From: Octopus vulgaris
Taxonomy: Eukaryota
Assembly (NCBI GenBank): GCA_951406725.2
Contig: OX597832.1
Location: 65,162,001-65,226,000, forward strand
Reading direction: 5' to 3'
Length of the DNA: 64,000 nt
How positions within the stretch are numbered: position 1 is the first letter of the stretch; each line of letters starts with the position of its first letter. A program made the position numbers and the translations under genes. Of the stretch, positions 1 to 14,093 are shown in pieces. The notes under the pieces are model-generated. The model worked only from the letters and a program-made list of their open reading frames with translations, was not told the DNA's origin and searched no databases.

Positions 1-389
1 GGGACCCAAAATACCGAAGAGAAGCTAAACTTATATTTAACAATAGCTATCTCTAATTTATTGTGTCTTAGCTATAAATTAAAGCAGCAGATTGTTGTTT
101 CAAGCTAACAAATAACACAGCTAACTACAGTATTCATATTCTTGGTGGGTTAATTTCATTTCAGATCGACGCTTTAAAAGTCAGCTTAATGATTTCAGGG
201 TGAGATTTTGCCACTCCAACGAGAGAAAAAGGATTTTAAAAAATGAATAGTTTTAAAACATCATGTAATGTCAAGAAGTGAAAGGCTCATTTTAACAGTT
301 TTCGCTAACCAAACAACCAAGTAAAATCCCTAGCTTATACTATGGCAGTACATTACACCATTCATTTTTGAAATGCTTAATGCTGTAGA

Positions 390-950
390 AAATAAGATAA
401 ACAGGGATAATTACCCTTCCTATTACTGGCTTCGGGTGTTTACCTGCCAGGCAAGTAATTCATCTGAGACCGTGTGTTGAAAATAAAACAATTACAGCAT
501 GAAAGTTACATATCCACACAAAAACACACATCGACTGTTAACTTAACCATTTTCCATTTGATGTCAATTTGAAGCCTAAATATACTTGGTGTGACAAAAA
601 TCTTAATATCAAATAATAAAAGAAATCAGCACCTCACCCTACCCTGTCTAGAGTGAGGACCAGGGACTTGAAGAGCTTGGAATTCGAAAGCCAACAGTTC
701 CTTAGTATCTTGCATAAAAGTCTGCGAGACCTAGATGGAGTTGGGGAAGATCACTTGCAGATTAACGTGCCAGATGAGACTACATTGCGGCAAGTAACTC
801 AAACGATGACAGCGATAACCAAATCACTTCTTCACCAGAAGTTAATCACAAAAAGAATGGTGCCCCAGTATGGCCGTAAGCTTTGGGTTGAAACACATAA
901 AAGAATAAAGAATAAAAGTAGTGTGTTTTTAATAAATGATATCTGTTGAT
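390..950 (-). mobile_element. possible decayed DIRS/tyrosine-recombinase retroelement remnant
   Basis: Minus-strand fragments read ...AS(W)SSPTP..ADFYAR, loosely like a YR C-terminus. Several stops and frameshifts; weak call. Confidence 0.2.
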
Positions 951-1159
951 GGAAATTAAGCAAGATTTTTTTTGTTTTGCTATCATTTGTTTATACATCA
1001 AAACAATATGAAATTTAAAAAAAGACTTGCTGATTATTTAAAACTAAATATGAATTCACAAATTGGGTTATTTTATTCTGAACTTTACAAAGAAAGGATG
1101 GACGTCTTCTCCAATAAAATAAGAATATGGAGTTTTCGTATCTTTTATCTTGCTTTTTA

Positions 1160-1207
<48 letters not shown>

Positions 1208-1514
1208 ACAAGGTGTATATAATACTCATTACATATCATTCATTTATAGAGTAAATTTGGCTTACAGCTGTTTCCAATAGTCATTAAAAGCACGTTACTG
1301 ATAATCTTTACTCAATTGGCCTATTGATCAGTTGAGAAAAATTGAACGTCCTATAAAAATTAATGCCACTTTCGTCGGAGCCATTAATGGTTATAACCAG
1401 CAATATCTCTCACAAAATTTAGAACCAGAAAGTAGCATTCATTTTTTAGGTCAATTTTTCTCAACTGATCAAGTGATGTGTATTTTTTGCTTGTACCTCC
1501 TCTAGCCATGTCTG

Positions 1515-1702
1515 GCTAATAAGGGCCGGTTTCCCGGCTTCATTGGCGTAAAGGTTCCCCAATGATGCAGGAGGAAAGATTGAGAGAAAGTGTGGTGGAA
1601 GAGTCAGCAGAAGTTTGCCATTACCTTCTGCTGGAGCCGCGTGGCGGTTAGGTGTTTCACTCATAAACACACACATTGCCCGGCCTGAGATTCGAATCCG
1701 CG

Positions 1703-1705
<3 letters not shown>
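1515..1705 (-). mobile_element. tRNA-derived SINE fragment (family C-like head)
   Basis: Minus strand ATCGCGGATTCGAATCTCAGGCCGGGC (B-box-like), similar to the head at 49380-49441. Confidence 0.55.
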
Positions 1706-1735
<30 letters not shown>

Positions 1736-1849
1736 TGTATGTATGTATGTATGTATGTATGTATGCATATATATAAACAAAATATCCCATCAAGAGTAAA
1801 AGTATTTTCAAAAATATTAACTAGAGTATGGCTGGGATGTAACCGTTAA

Positions 1850-2260
1850 TCAAATAGCCGCCCTCAACTTCCACCACAGCCTCAAGATGAATACCTCCTT
1901 AATCTTGGTCACCAGTGTTGCAGCTGGAGCAGTTAGTGGTCTTCTCAACCGCCACTAACCTATATTAATCATTCGGTTTAAAATCGTGGCAATTAGGAAG
2001 CCAGAAATTGTGGTTGTGAAGCAAAAATACTCTGACAACCACTTCTGAGATACGACAAGCAGCTGAATGCTGCTGCCAAAATGTGGCCTTCCAGCAGCAG
2101 TTCTGTTCAGCTAGAGTTAGACCACATTCTCCCTCTGCTTCACATAATCAACTGAACTGAGTCTCTGTACAGAGATGTGGGGTGGTATGACGTCACACTC
2201 ACTGGATTCGCTCTTAAACACCTTCATACTTTGGCGGAACTTGGTTTTCATCTTACGTAT
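1850..2260 (-). pseudogene. Tc1/mariner transposase C-terminal remnant
   Basis: Minus-strand fragments AAGRP..QQHSAAC, NFWLPNCHDLNRM (decayed WPPNSPDLNP) and LEAVVEVEGGYLI*. Confidence 0.6.
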
Positions 2261-2296
2261 TACAGGCTATACAGTAACGATAGCACATTGAACAAC

Positions 2297-2468
2297 ATAA
2301 TAACAAAAGAAAGAAAGAGACCTCGATATTATGTAAATAGAGGAATTTATCTGTGAATGTAATATGTGACAATTATTCGGTAGCCATGATAAAATTCCGA
2401 GTTTCGGATGCCGAGGTGTAAATCCACGCCGCCATCTCCTCAGTTACCCGGCCATCGGGAAAATAAGT
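2297..2468 (-). mobile_element. hammerhead-bearing repeat, same family as 54105-54353 and 54932-55131
   Basis: Clear sequence similarity to those copies. Minus strand CUGAGGA-GAUG...CAUC-C-GAAA-CUCGGAAUUUU at 2383-2452. Confidence 0.65.
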
Positions 2469-2634
2469 GTATATATATATATATAAAACTTGCTTCGATA
2501 TGGATGCGTGGCGTTCATTTATAAAATAATAAAAATAATATATATATGCATATATACATACATACATACATACATACATGCATACATACATACATACATG
2601 TACATACATGTACAAACGTACATATATATGTATA

Positions 2635-3019
2635 CTAGCAGTATCGCCCGGCGTTGCTCAGGTTTGTAAGGGAAATAACTATAAAGCATTTTTAGAGAGT
2701 TATAGCCAAAAAATAGCAAAAAAAGGAAAAAAAATTATGGTAAATTTTTTTTGAGAGTTAAAAAAGGTCGAGTTGCGTCCCCTAGACAGTCTGTGGTTTG
2801 TGTTTCTGATTCTCGAACCCATGTCGAATTTATCGATTTTTTTTCAGAACTGGGGGAACTTTTCAAAATTTTCGCTGCGTTAGTTTTGAATTATGACATT
2901 GGGCTATGTGTGTGTCAAGTTTCATCAGAATCGGTTGAAAGCCGTGGTCAGGGTGAGGGTACAACCAAACAGACACACAGACACACACACAGACAAACTG
3001 CCGTTTATATATAGAGAGA
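2635..3019 (-). mobile_element. non-autonomous Helitron
   Basis: Minus strand starts A|TCTCTCTATATATAA and ends CTAG|T. GC-rich subterminal hairpin CCTGAGCAACGCCGGG; AT target with no TSD. Confidence 0.75.
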
Positions 3020-3499
3020 TACACATGTATATATGGATACAAGACGTCAAGAAACACGTAAGGACATGAAATACAAAACTATGGAAAACGAACTTTGCGG
3101 ACAACGAAAGAAAGAAATAGAAAACAAGAAGGCAACATAAAGAACAATCCCTTCTTCAGTTGTCCACAGGGAAAAGATAAAAATGCTTGCTATCTCTATA
3201 GCTGAACGAGTAGAAAGAAATTCGAGTTAGGAGAAGAAGGATGGCCGCTGGTCACGTGTGAGTAACGAGAGTCAAGAGGAAGAGTGAGGGAGAGAGAGGG
3301 ACATATAGAGAACGCTGAAGGAGGAGAAGAATTACAGAAAGGAGGAAAGAGAAAAAAGGGGAGATAAAAAGAATATAGAAAGAGGAAGAGAGAGAGAAAT
3401 AGAGATAGTGCCAGTCTGCCACTGCCAACATGCAATTGGTTTCTCGGAGACAACACGTGATATTCCATTTACTTTTCATCATTTCATCTTTCATCTTTC

Positions 3500-4076
3500 A
3501 TCATTTGTCATATTCTTTCAGTCATTAAACAGAGGTCATGCTGGGGCTGCTATTTGAAGAATTTTAGTCAATATAATTGAGCAAAGTACTTGGTTTTTAT
3601 GGCCTTGTACTTACTCTATTGGATTCTTTTGCCGAGCCTCTACGTTACGGGGACACACCAACTCCGGCTGCCATGCAGTGGTGACACACACACACACAAA
3701 CGCATGCACACACAGACATATACACACATATACACGTACACACACACATACACGCACACAAATACACACACATATTTGAGAGACTTCTTTGAGGTCTCTA
3801 TATAGCGAATCCAGTCACAAAGCTTTGGTTAGCCCGAGGCTATAGTAGAAGACATTTGCCCAACACACACACGCACACAGACTCACACACATGCACACAC
3901 AAACACACACACACACACATACGCACAAGCACACACACATATACGACGGTCTTCTTTGAGATTTCCAGCTACCGAGGCTACGGTAGTCCCACTTGCCCAA
4001 GGTGTCACGCAGTGGGACTGAACCCGGAAGTATGTAGTTGGCAAGCAAGCTTCTTACCACACTGCCACACCGGCAC
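3500..4076 (-). mobile_element. tRNA-derived SINE family A, degenerate, with internal duplication
   Basis: Matches 22517-22946 (GGGTTCAGTCCCACTGCGTG head, CTACTATAGCCTCGGGC body). Confidence 0.75.
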
Positions 4077-4969
4077 CTACATACGCAAGAGAATTTCAAA
4101 ATCTTCGTACACCTATAAATTTTAGCAAAGAGATAGCAAACCTTTTGAAAAATACATTTTTATTTAAGAGTTGAGTCAGTTTATGATTAGTTTAAGTGAA
4201 ATGTGCTGACTTTGAAATCTGTAATCTCAGTTTGAGGCGACATATCCTTGCTTTAAAATCTTTGTTCGTATTCAGAAGTGACATGAGCTCACTTTGAAAT
4301 TTCTTGCCTTGCTTTGACTTGACATGTGTTCACTTATAATTACAAATACTCTAGTATTGGAAAGTTGTACTTGTTACTATAATTGTCTATAGTAACTGAT
4401 TGAAGCAGTTGTACGATGAAAAGAGGATTTCTAATATTGATATAATGTAATTCTTTCATCTTTTTGCTGCGTCCATGGAGCGGGTGCGAAAGGATTGGTG
4501 GAGGTCAGTGGTGGTGGTGGTGGGTCTACGATGTGAAAACTACTTTCTCAACCCATTGATGTGGAGAATTCGGAAAGAGAGGGAGAGAAAGAGAGGGGGA
4601 GAGAGTAGGAGAGAGAGATGCAGAGGAAAAGGAAAGTGAAGAGAAATAAAGATAGACAGATCAATAGAGAATGGGACAGCATAGTGGAGGGAAGAAAGAG
4701 AGGGAGAAGAGAGAAAGAACGACAAAGAGATGGTGATAGTAACAGAGGGGCTGAGAGATAAAGAGAGGGGGATGACTGATAGATAGAGAGAAATAGAAAT
4801 AGAAAAAGGAGAGACAAAGAAAGAGCGAGAGAGTAAGTGCTAAAGTTTGAGAAAGACAGAGGTAGAGAGTAAGGAGAAACAGAGATAGATTGATGGATAG
4901 ATAGATAAAGAGAGAGAAAGGTGGGGGATGAGAAATTCTGTTACTGTAAACATGAGGATATACTGGCTA

Positions 4970-5560
4970 TTCAATTTCGTTTTCGATGCAGGAAACGCGA
5001 GAGGAAACCAACATCTCCACAATGAAGAATAGAAGGACATTTTAAATTATAAATTGCACTAGTTTGGTACTCTTTTATCCACATCGATAACCGCTGGGTG
5101 AATATATCGATCCCAGTCTTCTGATGTATTAATTCTCTTTTAATTGAGCGCAGCCATAGTTGTGAGATTAAGAATTTCATGTCCGAACTACACGATATCC
5201 GGTTTAATCACAGAGCGTGGTTAACTGTGTAAGAATATTGGTGCATTTCATTCACCGCTCGGTGTAATACTCCCACAAAGTCCTTTGGTACCTTTTGAAG
5301 AGTACAGACTGTTACATGTATCCAGGTCAACTATTTAGTTAGAGGATGACCTCTGTATTTCCTCTTTAATAGTTGAATTGGAGCCTCGAATTCATGTCAT
5401 TGGCGTTGCCTTCCTTTCTCTGAGGAAGCCATATAAACATTAATTAGAAATGACCTATATTTCTTTCGTTGGGTACAAACGGAAAACAGTGTTCTGTGAC
5501 ATCCATGCGTCTCATAATTTTCTGGACGGACCATCTATAAGTGGAGATCTTTCAATGTAA
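4970..5560 (-). pseudogene. decayed Penelope-like element (GIY-YIG/thumb) remnant
   Basis: ORF 4971-5180 IHQKTG..QRLSMWIKEYQTSAIYNLKC resembles the YIGKTxRxLxxRIxEH..SAI..H motif. Confidence 0.35.
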
Positions 5561-5749
5561 CAAGACTACATTCAAAAGTAAAACTACTTAGTTATCTTTT
5601 CTCCTGTGATTATGTTTTGTTTTTCTCAGAATATATTGGTGTGTGTGTGCATTTTTGTGTGACTTATGTGTGTGTCTGTGTGTATTCACATACACACACA
5701 AGGGCAAAAATGTATATATATATATATATATATATATATGCATATAGAC

Positions 5750-5906
5750 TCAGGTGTAGCTGTGTGGGAAGTGGCCTGCTTGCCAACCACATGCTTCCGA
5801 GTTCAGTGCCATTGCGTGGCACCTTGTGTAAGTGTCTTCTACTACAGCCTCGGGCCGATGAAGCCTTGTGAGTGAATTTGGCAGACGAAAACTAAAGAAA
5901 GCCTGT

Positions 5907-5951
<45 letters not shown>

Positions 5952-6217
5952 AAATAGAAAGATGAATTTTCTTGTTACAGATTATTCAAAAGTTTAACCG
6001 ATACCTGGGTAGCAAAAATCACAGCAGAATTGAGTTGCTGCGCCTCTGTTTTGTTTTGTTCTGTCAACGGAATTCCTGTTTTTTCCTGAAGAGAAAGCCA
6101 CAATATGGTACCCTTATTTAATCAGAATTTGGAAATTTGTGGCCTTTGAAACATGTGTAGAATGTAATAAAAGGAATTCTGATCAATCTTCGTTCAACTC
6201 CATTTCGTCCATTCACT

Positions 6218-6307
<90 letters not shown>

Positions 6308-6410
6308 GTATGTCTGTGTGTGTTTGTGTGTCTGTGTTTGTCCCTCCAGCATTGTTTGACAACAGATACTGGTGTGTTTACGTCCCTGTAACTTATCTTT
6401 TCGGCAACCG
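5750..6410 (+). mobile_element. SINE family A split at its internal (TA)n by an HHR cassette
   Basis: Head and body 5750-5910, tail 6310-6410, foreign insert 5945-6220. Confidence 0.75.
6070..6179 (+). ncRNA. type I hammerhead ribozyme motif
   Basis: UUC-CUGAAGA(6086-92)-GAAAGCCACAA...UUGUGGCCUUU-GAAA(6148-51)-CAUGU-GUA|GAA. Distal GAAUUCCU/AGGAAUUC pairing. Confidence 0.75.
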
Positions 6411-6806
6411 TTTATTTCGTCCTATGTGTGTTTAAGGCACAAACCTATATCCGGAGAAGATATATCGCATAATAGTCTATATTAAATTTAATATGTATGA
6501 ACTGATCTCAATTCAAGTTTCCTCTTTTTGTATGTATCATATCTCACCCTACACTCACTATTACCATACATCAATGCATATCAAACTCATAAACACACAT
6601 GTGCGCACGTGCTGTGGTGTGAATGAGGAATGAATAATATAATTAAGAAGCATTTCTGATTAAAGAAAATCTTGTTTTATCTTTAAATAATATTAGACAA
6701 TATCTGTATATGAAACAGGTAAATAAAAAATAAACCATCTATTGTCACCGAAACTCTCATCACTCAAAGGAACTCGAATCTATTCCTTATTCAGTATTTT
6801 TTTTTA

Positions 6807-6954
6807 TCATCATCATCATCATCATCATCATCACCACCACCACTATCACCATCATCATCATCACCATCACCATCACCATCACCACCACCATCACCATCAC
6901 CACCACCACCACCACCACCACCACCACTACCACCACCACCACCACCACCACCAA

Positions 6955-7019
<65 letters not shown>

Positions 7020-7041
7020 TTATTATTATTATTATTATTAA
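6807..7041. repeat. compound (CAT)/(CAC)/(TAC)/(TAT) microsatellite
   Basis: Read directly from the sequence. Confidence 0.95.
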
Positions 7042-9290
7042 TATTCCTTTATCACAAGTATTGCTGGAGCCCCTGGAGTCTTGCATGCGTGGCAAGCTCA
7101 CTACCTGCAGCCTACGGTACATTAGTATTCGTTCTTTTCATCTATCTAATACTTTGCCGATTATTCTGGCTGTGTCAACAAGGCAAACCTTTTGTAACAG
7201 TTCTACTGGACACTCTCTTCTCACCTGCTATACTTCCAGGTTACTAGGGATTGTGTACAAATCTGTGTTCTTTTCTACTGCTGGTAGCGTGCGAACTCTT
7301 TCCCGTACTCTATTGTGTTAGTTCTTTTTTCTCTTGAGGTGCGGTGCAGTCTTTTGTCGAATTACTTCTTGTATTATGTATTGAATGTGAAATACTTTGG
7401 TTTTCCAGCTTGCTATTAGGGATTTATTTCACTGGGTAAATGCTATATAAAATGTGTCTTGTATTTGTGAGTTTTGTCTAGTTTGTATCAATGGATTGAT
7501 AATGTCTCACGTAAGATGTGGGCTGCTCCTAGCAGGGCTATTTTTTGGCCAGTGTGTAGTTTTGAGGATCCATGTATAGGTTCTACGTTTTTGCTGATAT
7601 GTTTTTTTATCATGCTCAATGTTTCATGTATTATTGGTATTGTTTTAACCTTAATGCCCCACATTTTGAATACTTTAAATTCGAGGTCTTTGTTCTTTGA
7701 CAAGTTCTCCACTTTTTTGACAGTATTTTGATCAGGGACTGCAATGTCTATCAGTAAGCAGGTTTTTTCTCCAATCCTTGACTATTATATCAGGGTGATT
7801 AGCTTTTATTTCTTTGTCGGTTCTAACCGGCATCTCTCGTATTATTGTGACCTGAACATTTTCTTGTACCTAGTTCGGAACATGCTTATACCACCAGTTG
7901 TTATTTTTGATGTTGTAATGTTGGGATATTGTCCAGTGGATATAACTGCTTACTTAGTCGTGTCTTTATATATAGGGTGTTCCAGAAGTCCTGAGCACAT
8001 TTTGACATTGAATACCTCGAAAACTATTAAGGACATAAAAACGCATCTGATATATTCTGAAAGCCTGCAATTTCAAGTTTTTTTTACAGAATGTTCAAAG
8101 ATGTTCAATGTGAGCACCGTTGGTCCCACGGCACACTTCAAGCCAATTGCTCAATTCTTGCCAAACATGTTCCAGCATTGTGTTGTCGATGGTTGCAACA
8201 GCTTTCATTATTCGGGCCTTCAGTTCATCCACGTCTTTTGGAAGGGGAGTGACATAGACCAGACCTTTCATTGCTAAAAACAAGCTGGTCATCGAATCCA
8301 TCATCTTCCAACTTCTCTTGCATTGCAATGCAAAAAGTAACGACGAGTTGGTTTATCTGTGCCCTGCAACTGTTGGACTAACTGCAGCTTGTAAGCTGTC
8401 ATCTGCAGTCGTCTTTTTAAGATACGCCAAACAGTTGTTGTAGGAAGCTGATGTTCCCTACTGGCTCTTCTGATCGATTTACGGGGACTCCTCTCGAAGG
8501 CAAGTTCGAACTCGCTCAACCGAATCATCTGAAGTTGAGGGGCGTCCCGTTCTCTTAGCTGGGCAGAAACACCCATCCTTCATGAATTTACCATGGTATC
8601 TCAATATGGAGTTCCTTTTTGCTGCCTCTTTTTGAAATTTTGTTCGAAATGCACGTTGAACAAGTGTCCATAATTCAGCTTTTGCAAATTCAAGGACGCA
8701 AAATGCCTTTTCTGGTTGAGTGAACGCCATTAGTGAATCTGTAAAAAATGAAAAAAAAAAAACCATTAGCATTACAAAAACTTAAAGAATTTAGCTTTAA
8801 AATGGTACCAGTTTCATCTTACTTCGAATCATAGTTCAGCAGATAGGAGGACTTGAAATGTTCCCAAGACTTGTGGAACACCCTGTATATTGGCAAGAAC
8901 GGGCAAAGATTAGGCAAGACGTAACAAGAACTGGGCAACCTGATATGATGTGGCCAACTGTCTCATTGTGCTGGTTGCACATTCTGAACTTGGTGTTGAG
9001 GCATGTTTTCAGTATTCTGTTTATATAACTGTTTGTAGTCAGGCATTGGTCTTGTGCAGCGAGAATCAGTCCTTCCCTTTCGACTTTTAGTCTAGAGCTT
9101 TTGAGTCATTGTTGGTCTTTACTAAGTTCACTTCCTCTCTGTCAATCCTTCCAGGGTATTGGCCATGAAGTGATTTTTCTCCCCATTTCTTCTTCAGTAT
9201 CATTTTTCTAATTCAATTTTCATGTTTTTTTGCATCTTTGACCATTTCTGCTATGTTGTCATCTGAGGCCAGTGTGTCAGTGTTGTTTCT
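7042..9290 (-). mobile_element. R4/Dong-like non-LTR retrotransposon 3' fragments (two stacked ends), interrupted by a Tc1/mariner
   Basis: CNQHNETVGHIISGCPVL zinc-knuckle; RLE region TCLLIDIAVP and KDLEFKVFKMWGIKVKTIPII; C-termini QKIALLGAAHILR and QKVCLVDTARII. Flanked by (TAA)n. Confidence 0.75.
7973..8885 (-). mobile_element. internally deleted Tc1/mariner DNA transposon
   Basis: Imperfect ~30-bp TIRs (T/C)AGGGTGTTCCA...TGGAACACCCTG with TA TSD. Frameshifted transposase: HTH N-terminus MAFTQPEKAFCVLEFAK, SPRKSIRRAS, C-terminus CRGTNGAHIEHL; most of the DDE domain is missing. Confidence 0.9.
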
Positions 9291-9295
9291 GTTTT

Positions 9296-9566
<271 letters not shown>

Positions 9567-11444
9567 AGTGCGAGAGCAGTGCATACCAGCAAAGTTACAC
9601 TCTGGTAGAATATACGAAGCCCAGCATGACTACTCGTCTGATAAGAGTACATCAGGCACATGCATCACAACTATATGAGTGCGACATAGTGATGCTGTAT
9701 TAAGATAGACAGCGCATGACCTTGCAGGTGGGGCCCAATTAGAATTTTCTTCTGGTCAAGTAGCACATCCCGCTCAAAAGGTCCCTGAATAAGTATTGTT
9801 CAAGAATGTTGAACAAAACACCCATGTTTCCAAAGGTGAATTATCCAAAAACCCACAGAGTACCGCTCAACACATGGCTGTGATGCTCCCCCACTACTTC
9901 TGTTCATGATCAGAGATGCGCATATCGTCAGCCACTAAGGTCATGCTGAAATGTTTAAAGTCGAAAAAATGACAAGCAAATCTTTGGTATTGAGCAGAGT
10001 ATTTGCTGTAGCCAATCTTTTATACTAAGACAAAACAATGTACATGATAATACTTCCAATCAGTTAAAATGAGAATCTATGAAAGTTACTGCATCAGGGC
10101 ATTTATTATTATTATTTTCTCCAGTCTGGTCAAACTCTCGCCAATTCCTTCAAATACCACTTGAAGATAATTTGAGGATATAGAAGGAGGTACTGCCTTT
10201 CAGTGTGTTTATTAAAAGGTGGCCGAGATTGGCAAGCCTGGTGAGACTGAATGGATCTACTCTGAATATGCATTTCTAAGCTGGCGGAAAGAAACTGGAA
10301 GAGGTCACTTTCGCATGTCTTGAGGATGGCAGAATAGTTCGGGGCGTTTGCATGGAGTTTACCAAGAATTACTCTAACTGGGCTATACCGGCACTAGGGA
10401 TTCTATTTATTTATTTATTTCGTTATTTCTTTATTTCTCTAACTTCTATTTATTTATCTTCTGTTACCTTCTTCACACACACAGAGGCGTAGATGACTAA
10501 GAGAAAGTGCATTGGCGACGCCACTATTGGACAGCTGAAGAACGTGCTCACATCTAGTGTATCCCTTTGATATGTGTGCTGCATCTCTTTCTTTGATATT
10601 GTCCTCCATGCTTTAGGCCCTTGTGGCCAATAACAAAGTCATCTTTTTCCTCATTCAGTATTGCTGTTGTTGTTGTTTTGTTGTTGCTATTATTTACTCT
10701 GTGGTAAATATATTACAGCAGAGTGCTTGATAATTATTAGCTGATTAATGAATGATGCGTTGATTGTTTGAGTAAGAAGCAGTACACTTGTTACTCCTTT
10801 TTAGCACTCAGGCAGACACTATTATAGTCTGAACTGGAAAACCGCAACCACTTTTGATGTAACACGCACATTCCCTCACACACACACACACACACACACA
10901 TACATAGACAGACAGACCGACACGCGCACACACACACACACACACAGAGGCGTAGATGAGTAAGAGAAAGGATAGTGCATGGGCGACGCCACTATTGGAC
11001 TGCTGAAGCACGTGCTCACATCTATCGTCTTGACTCCAGAGGAAATAAACCTTGTAGTTAAGGGCATGTTAATCCATGTTAATTGATGAGAATGTTTGCT
11101 TCCTTTAGATTCACAGTATCTCAGTCAAGATCGGAATCAATCACCGTCAGGCTTTTGTTTAATTGATCATGAAACGGAGATATCTTCCATGAATCAATAA
11201 TTTTATCTCTTATGTCATTCAGAATATCTTTGTCTGTGTTCACTTGAATCTTGCTTCTAGCCAGTCTGTGTTATTCCTCTTAGTTCAGTTTCGTTTCGCA
11301 TACATCCGCATATGCATACACACATGTATATGTAAATGTATGCATGTATGCATGTATGTACATACGTACGTATATACATGTATACTGCATACCTATGTGT
11401 ATATGTATAAACATACATATACATATATATGTATGCATGTGTGT

Positions 11445-11548
<104 letters not shown>

Positions 11549-12674
11549 CATTTGGAGATATATATATATATCGATTCATACAATCGTGTGGCTAACAGAG
11601 AAAGCTCCTCAAGCAGAGTCGGCTAGCAGACGACATACTAATTCAATTCATAAAAGTATCATGCAGAGTTCTATGCTGCTGACATCAAGAGCTTATAAAC
11701 CATAAAAGGTTAGGAAGTATGAGAGGTGAATACATCTGTTTAACCACTTATCATCTTTAGGCTAGCGGTGGTTTCGCAGCGTTTACCATGTAATAATAAT
11801 TTCACTGTATAATAAATTATGTTTGTAGGTCTGCATTGTACGCATTATAGATTACAATTGATTATTTACAAATATGTGCAGGGAAAGAAAGGTAATCCCC
11901 GGATGAACTGTTACACCAATGCTTCAACTTCAAGTATACAGGCAATGTTTTTCTTTACGGATGGAATGTAAGGATGACCGAAACTAAAAAATATATAAAA
12001 ATAGGTATGAGGAACTGAAAACAATTTAATGCTCGTCTTGAGGGTTCTTGAGAGGAAGAAAATTCATATTATGAACGCTTAGAGGACGCAAATCTCCCGA
12101 TTGTGGGTATTTTGATCTGGACTGGTTGAACAAGTGTCCAAATTTAGAGAGTTATGTATGATGGTAATGTGGAACAAAAGTAAAACACATTTCGGATGGC
12201 AAAGAGCGCATTTTGAGCCACTCGCCAACAAGAATAGCTGGCAATAAGGTTTCTTTAATTGAGCTATTCCCACCTTACATAAGATGCCATCAAATTTTTC
12301 TGAACTTTTTGCTTCATTTCTGGCAAGTATAGAATTAAGTAGAAATATATCAATTACATTCCCGCACTTAAACGCACACTTGCGCGAGTGCACGTGCGCA
12401 CACACACGTTTACAACACGCACACATACACATTCCCAGACATGCACACGCCTATATGCAAGTATTTATATGCATATATATATATATATGCATATATTTAT
12501 ATACATACATATATATACAAACATATATATATACTTTTATAAATATGTTTATCACTCTACGTACATACATACACACATATACACACATATATACATATGT
12601 GTGTGCGTATATACAAATATATATATATATATATGTATATATATAATTAGATACATACATGTATATATATATAT

Positions 12675-12736
<62 letters not shown>

Positions 12737-12741
<5 letters not shown>

Positions 12742-13203
12742 GTAAAGTATAGAAGCCATCTTGATATGGCTAACCACAAAGGGGAGGGGGTGTTACTGTA
12801 GCTTGCGAGAAAGGGATGACCTCCCTTTGCAAATACTTCAAGGGCACTGAAATAGTGTCTAAAGCTAGCTGGAGACGATGATCTCCTGGGGCTATAAAGT
12901 CAGTTTTTCGAAATCAGTGGCAGACGTCACTAGAAAAACTCTTACATATTTGCAAAGTAGCCTTGTCTTTCATCGCGACCTGGTGGTTACCACCCGTTGA
13001 TAAGAGACAATAATCTCGAAACTAGTTCGTGCGTATCACTCAGGCTTGCGAGAAAGGTATGACCTCCCTTTGCAAATACTTCAAGGGCACTGAAATGGTG
13101 TCTAAAGCCAGCTAGAGACGATGATCTCCTGGGGCTATAAAGCTACAGTAACCCCCCCCTTTGTGGTTAGCCATATTAAGATGGCTTCTTTACTTTACAT
13201 TAT
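12737..13203 (+). mobile_element. small element with ~66-bp inverted ends, 99-bp internal direct repeats and a decayed HHR
   Basis: IR 12737-12804/13139-13203; DR 12801-12899/13044-13142; UUGAUAA-GAGA..UCUC-GAAA-CUAG-UU|CGUG at 12993-13031. Confidence 0.8.
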
Positions 13204-13245
13204 CGAGCGATTACTGTTTACATCTCATTCTGAGATTTAATAATG

Positions 13246-13352
<107 letters not shown>

Positions 13353-13953
13353 TATATATATATATAGCTATATGCATCTATCGGTACGCATATGCTGCAT
13401 GTATGCGTGTGTTCTTGGTATCGTTTATGATGTGTTTGGCGTGTATCTTAATCTTCGATTCAACGGAATCCCAACAAGAGTTTTTGACATGAAACAGATA
13501 ATCATAAAACGGCAAGAACAAGAATAAAAGACAAAAGAAACTGACAAATAACAGTCTATTACCCAAGGAAAAGATTCGCCAAGGTAAAAAACAGAAAATC
13601 CTCTAATCTTCGTATCAATGGAATTATTCCTTCAGATTTCAACGCCATTTCTCTGTACAATTTTTCATTTGTATTTCATGGAAATTTATACCGACGTTAG
13701 TCTAGTTTCGACAAACCACAAAGAATGTAGCCACACGCATGCACGCATACACACGCACAAACAAACCGATACAGACCATACAGACAAACATACACTCACA
13801 CATGAGCAACAACACAAACACAAACGAACAGAAACAAGTAAATTTTGACACACACATGCACGCAAACACGCACACACGCACAGGAAAACGTGAGAAGAAA
13901 GATACATGAGCACACACACAGTTGAACACAAGACACATGCACACTCCTGCGCG

Positions 13954-14093
<140 letters not shown>

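Noticed and set aside
434-456. TACTTGCCTGGCAGG on the minus strand, resembling the U1 snRNA 5' end
   Set aside because: Similarity stops after ~15 nt; no U1 body or Sm site.
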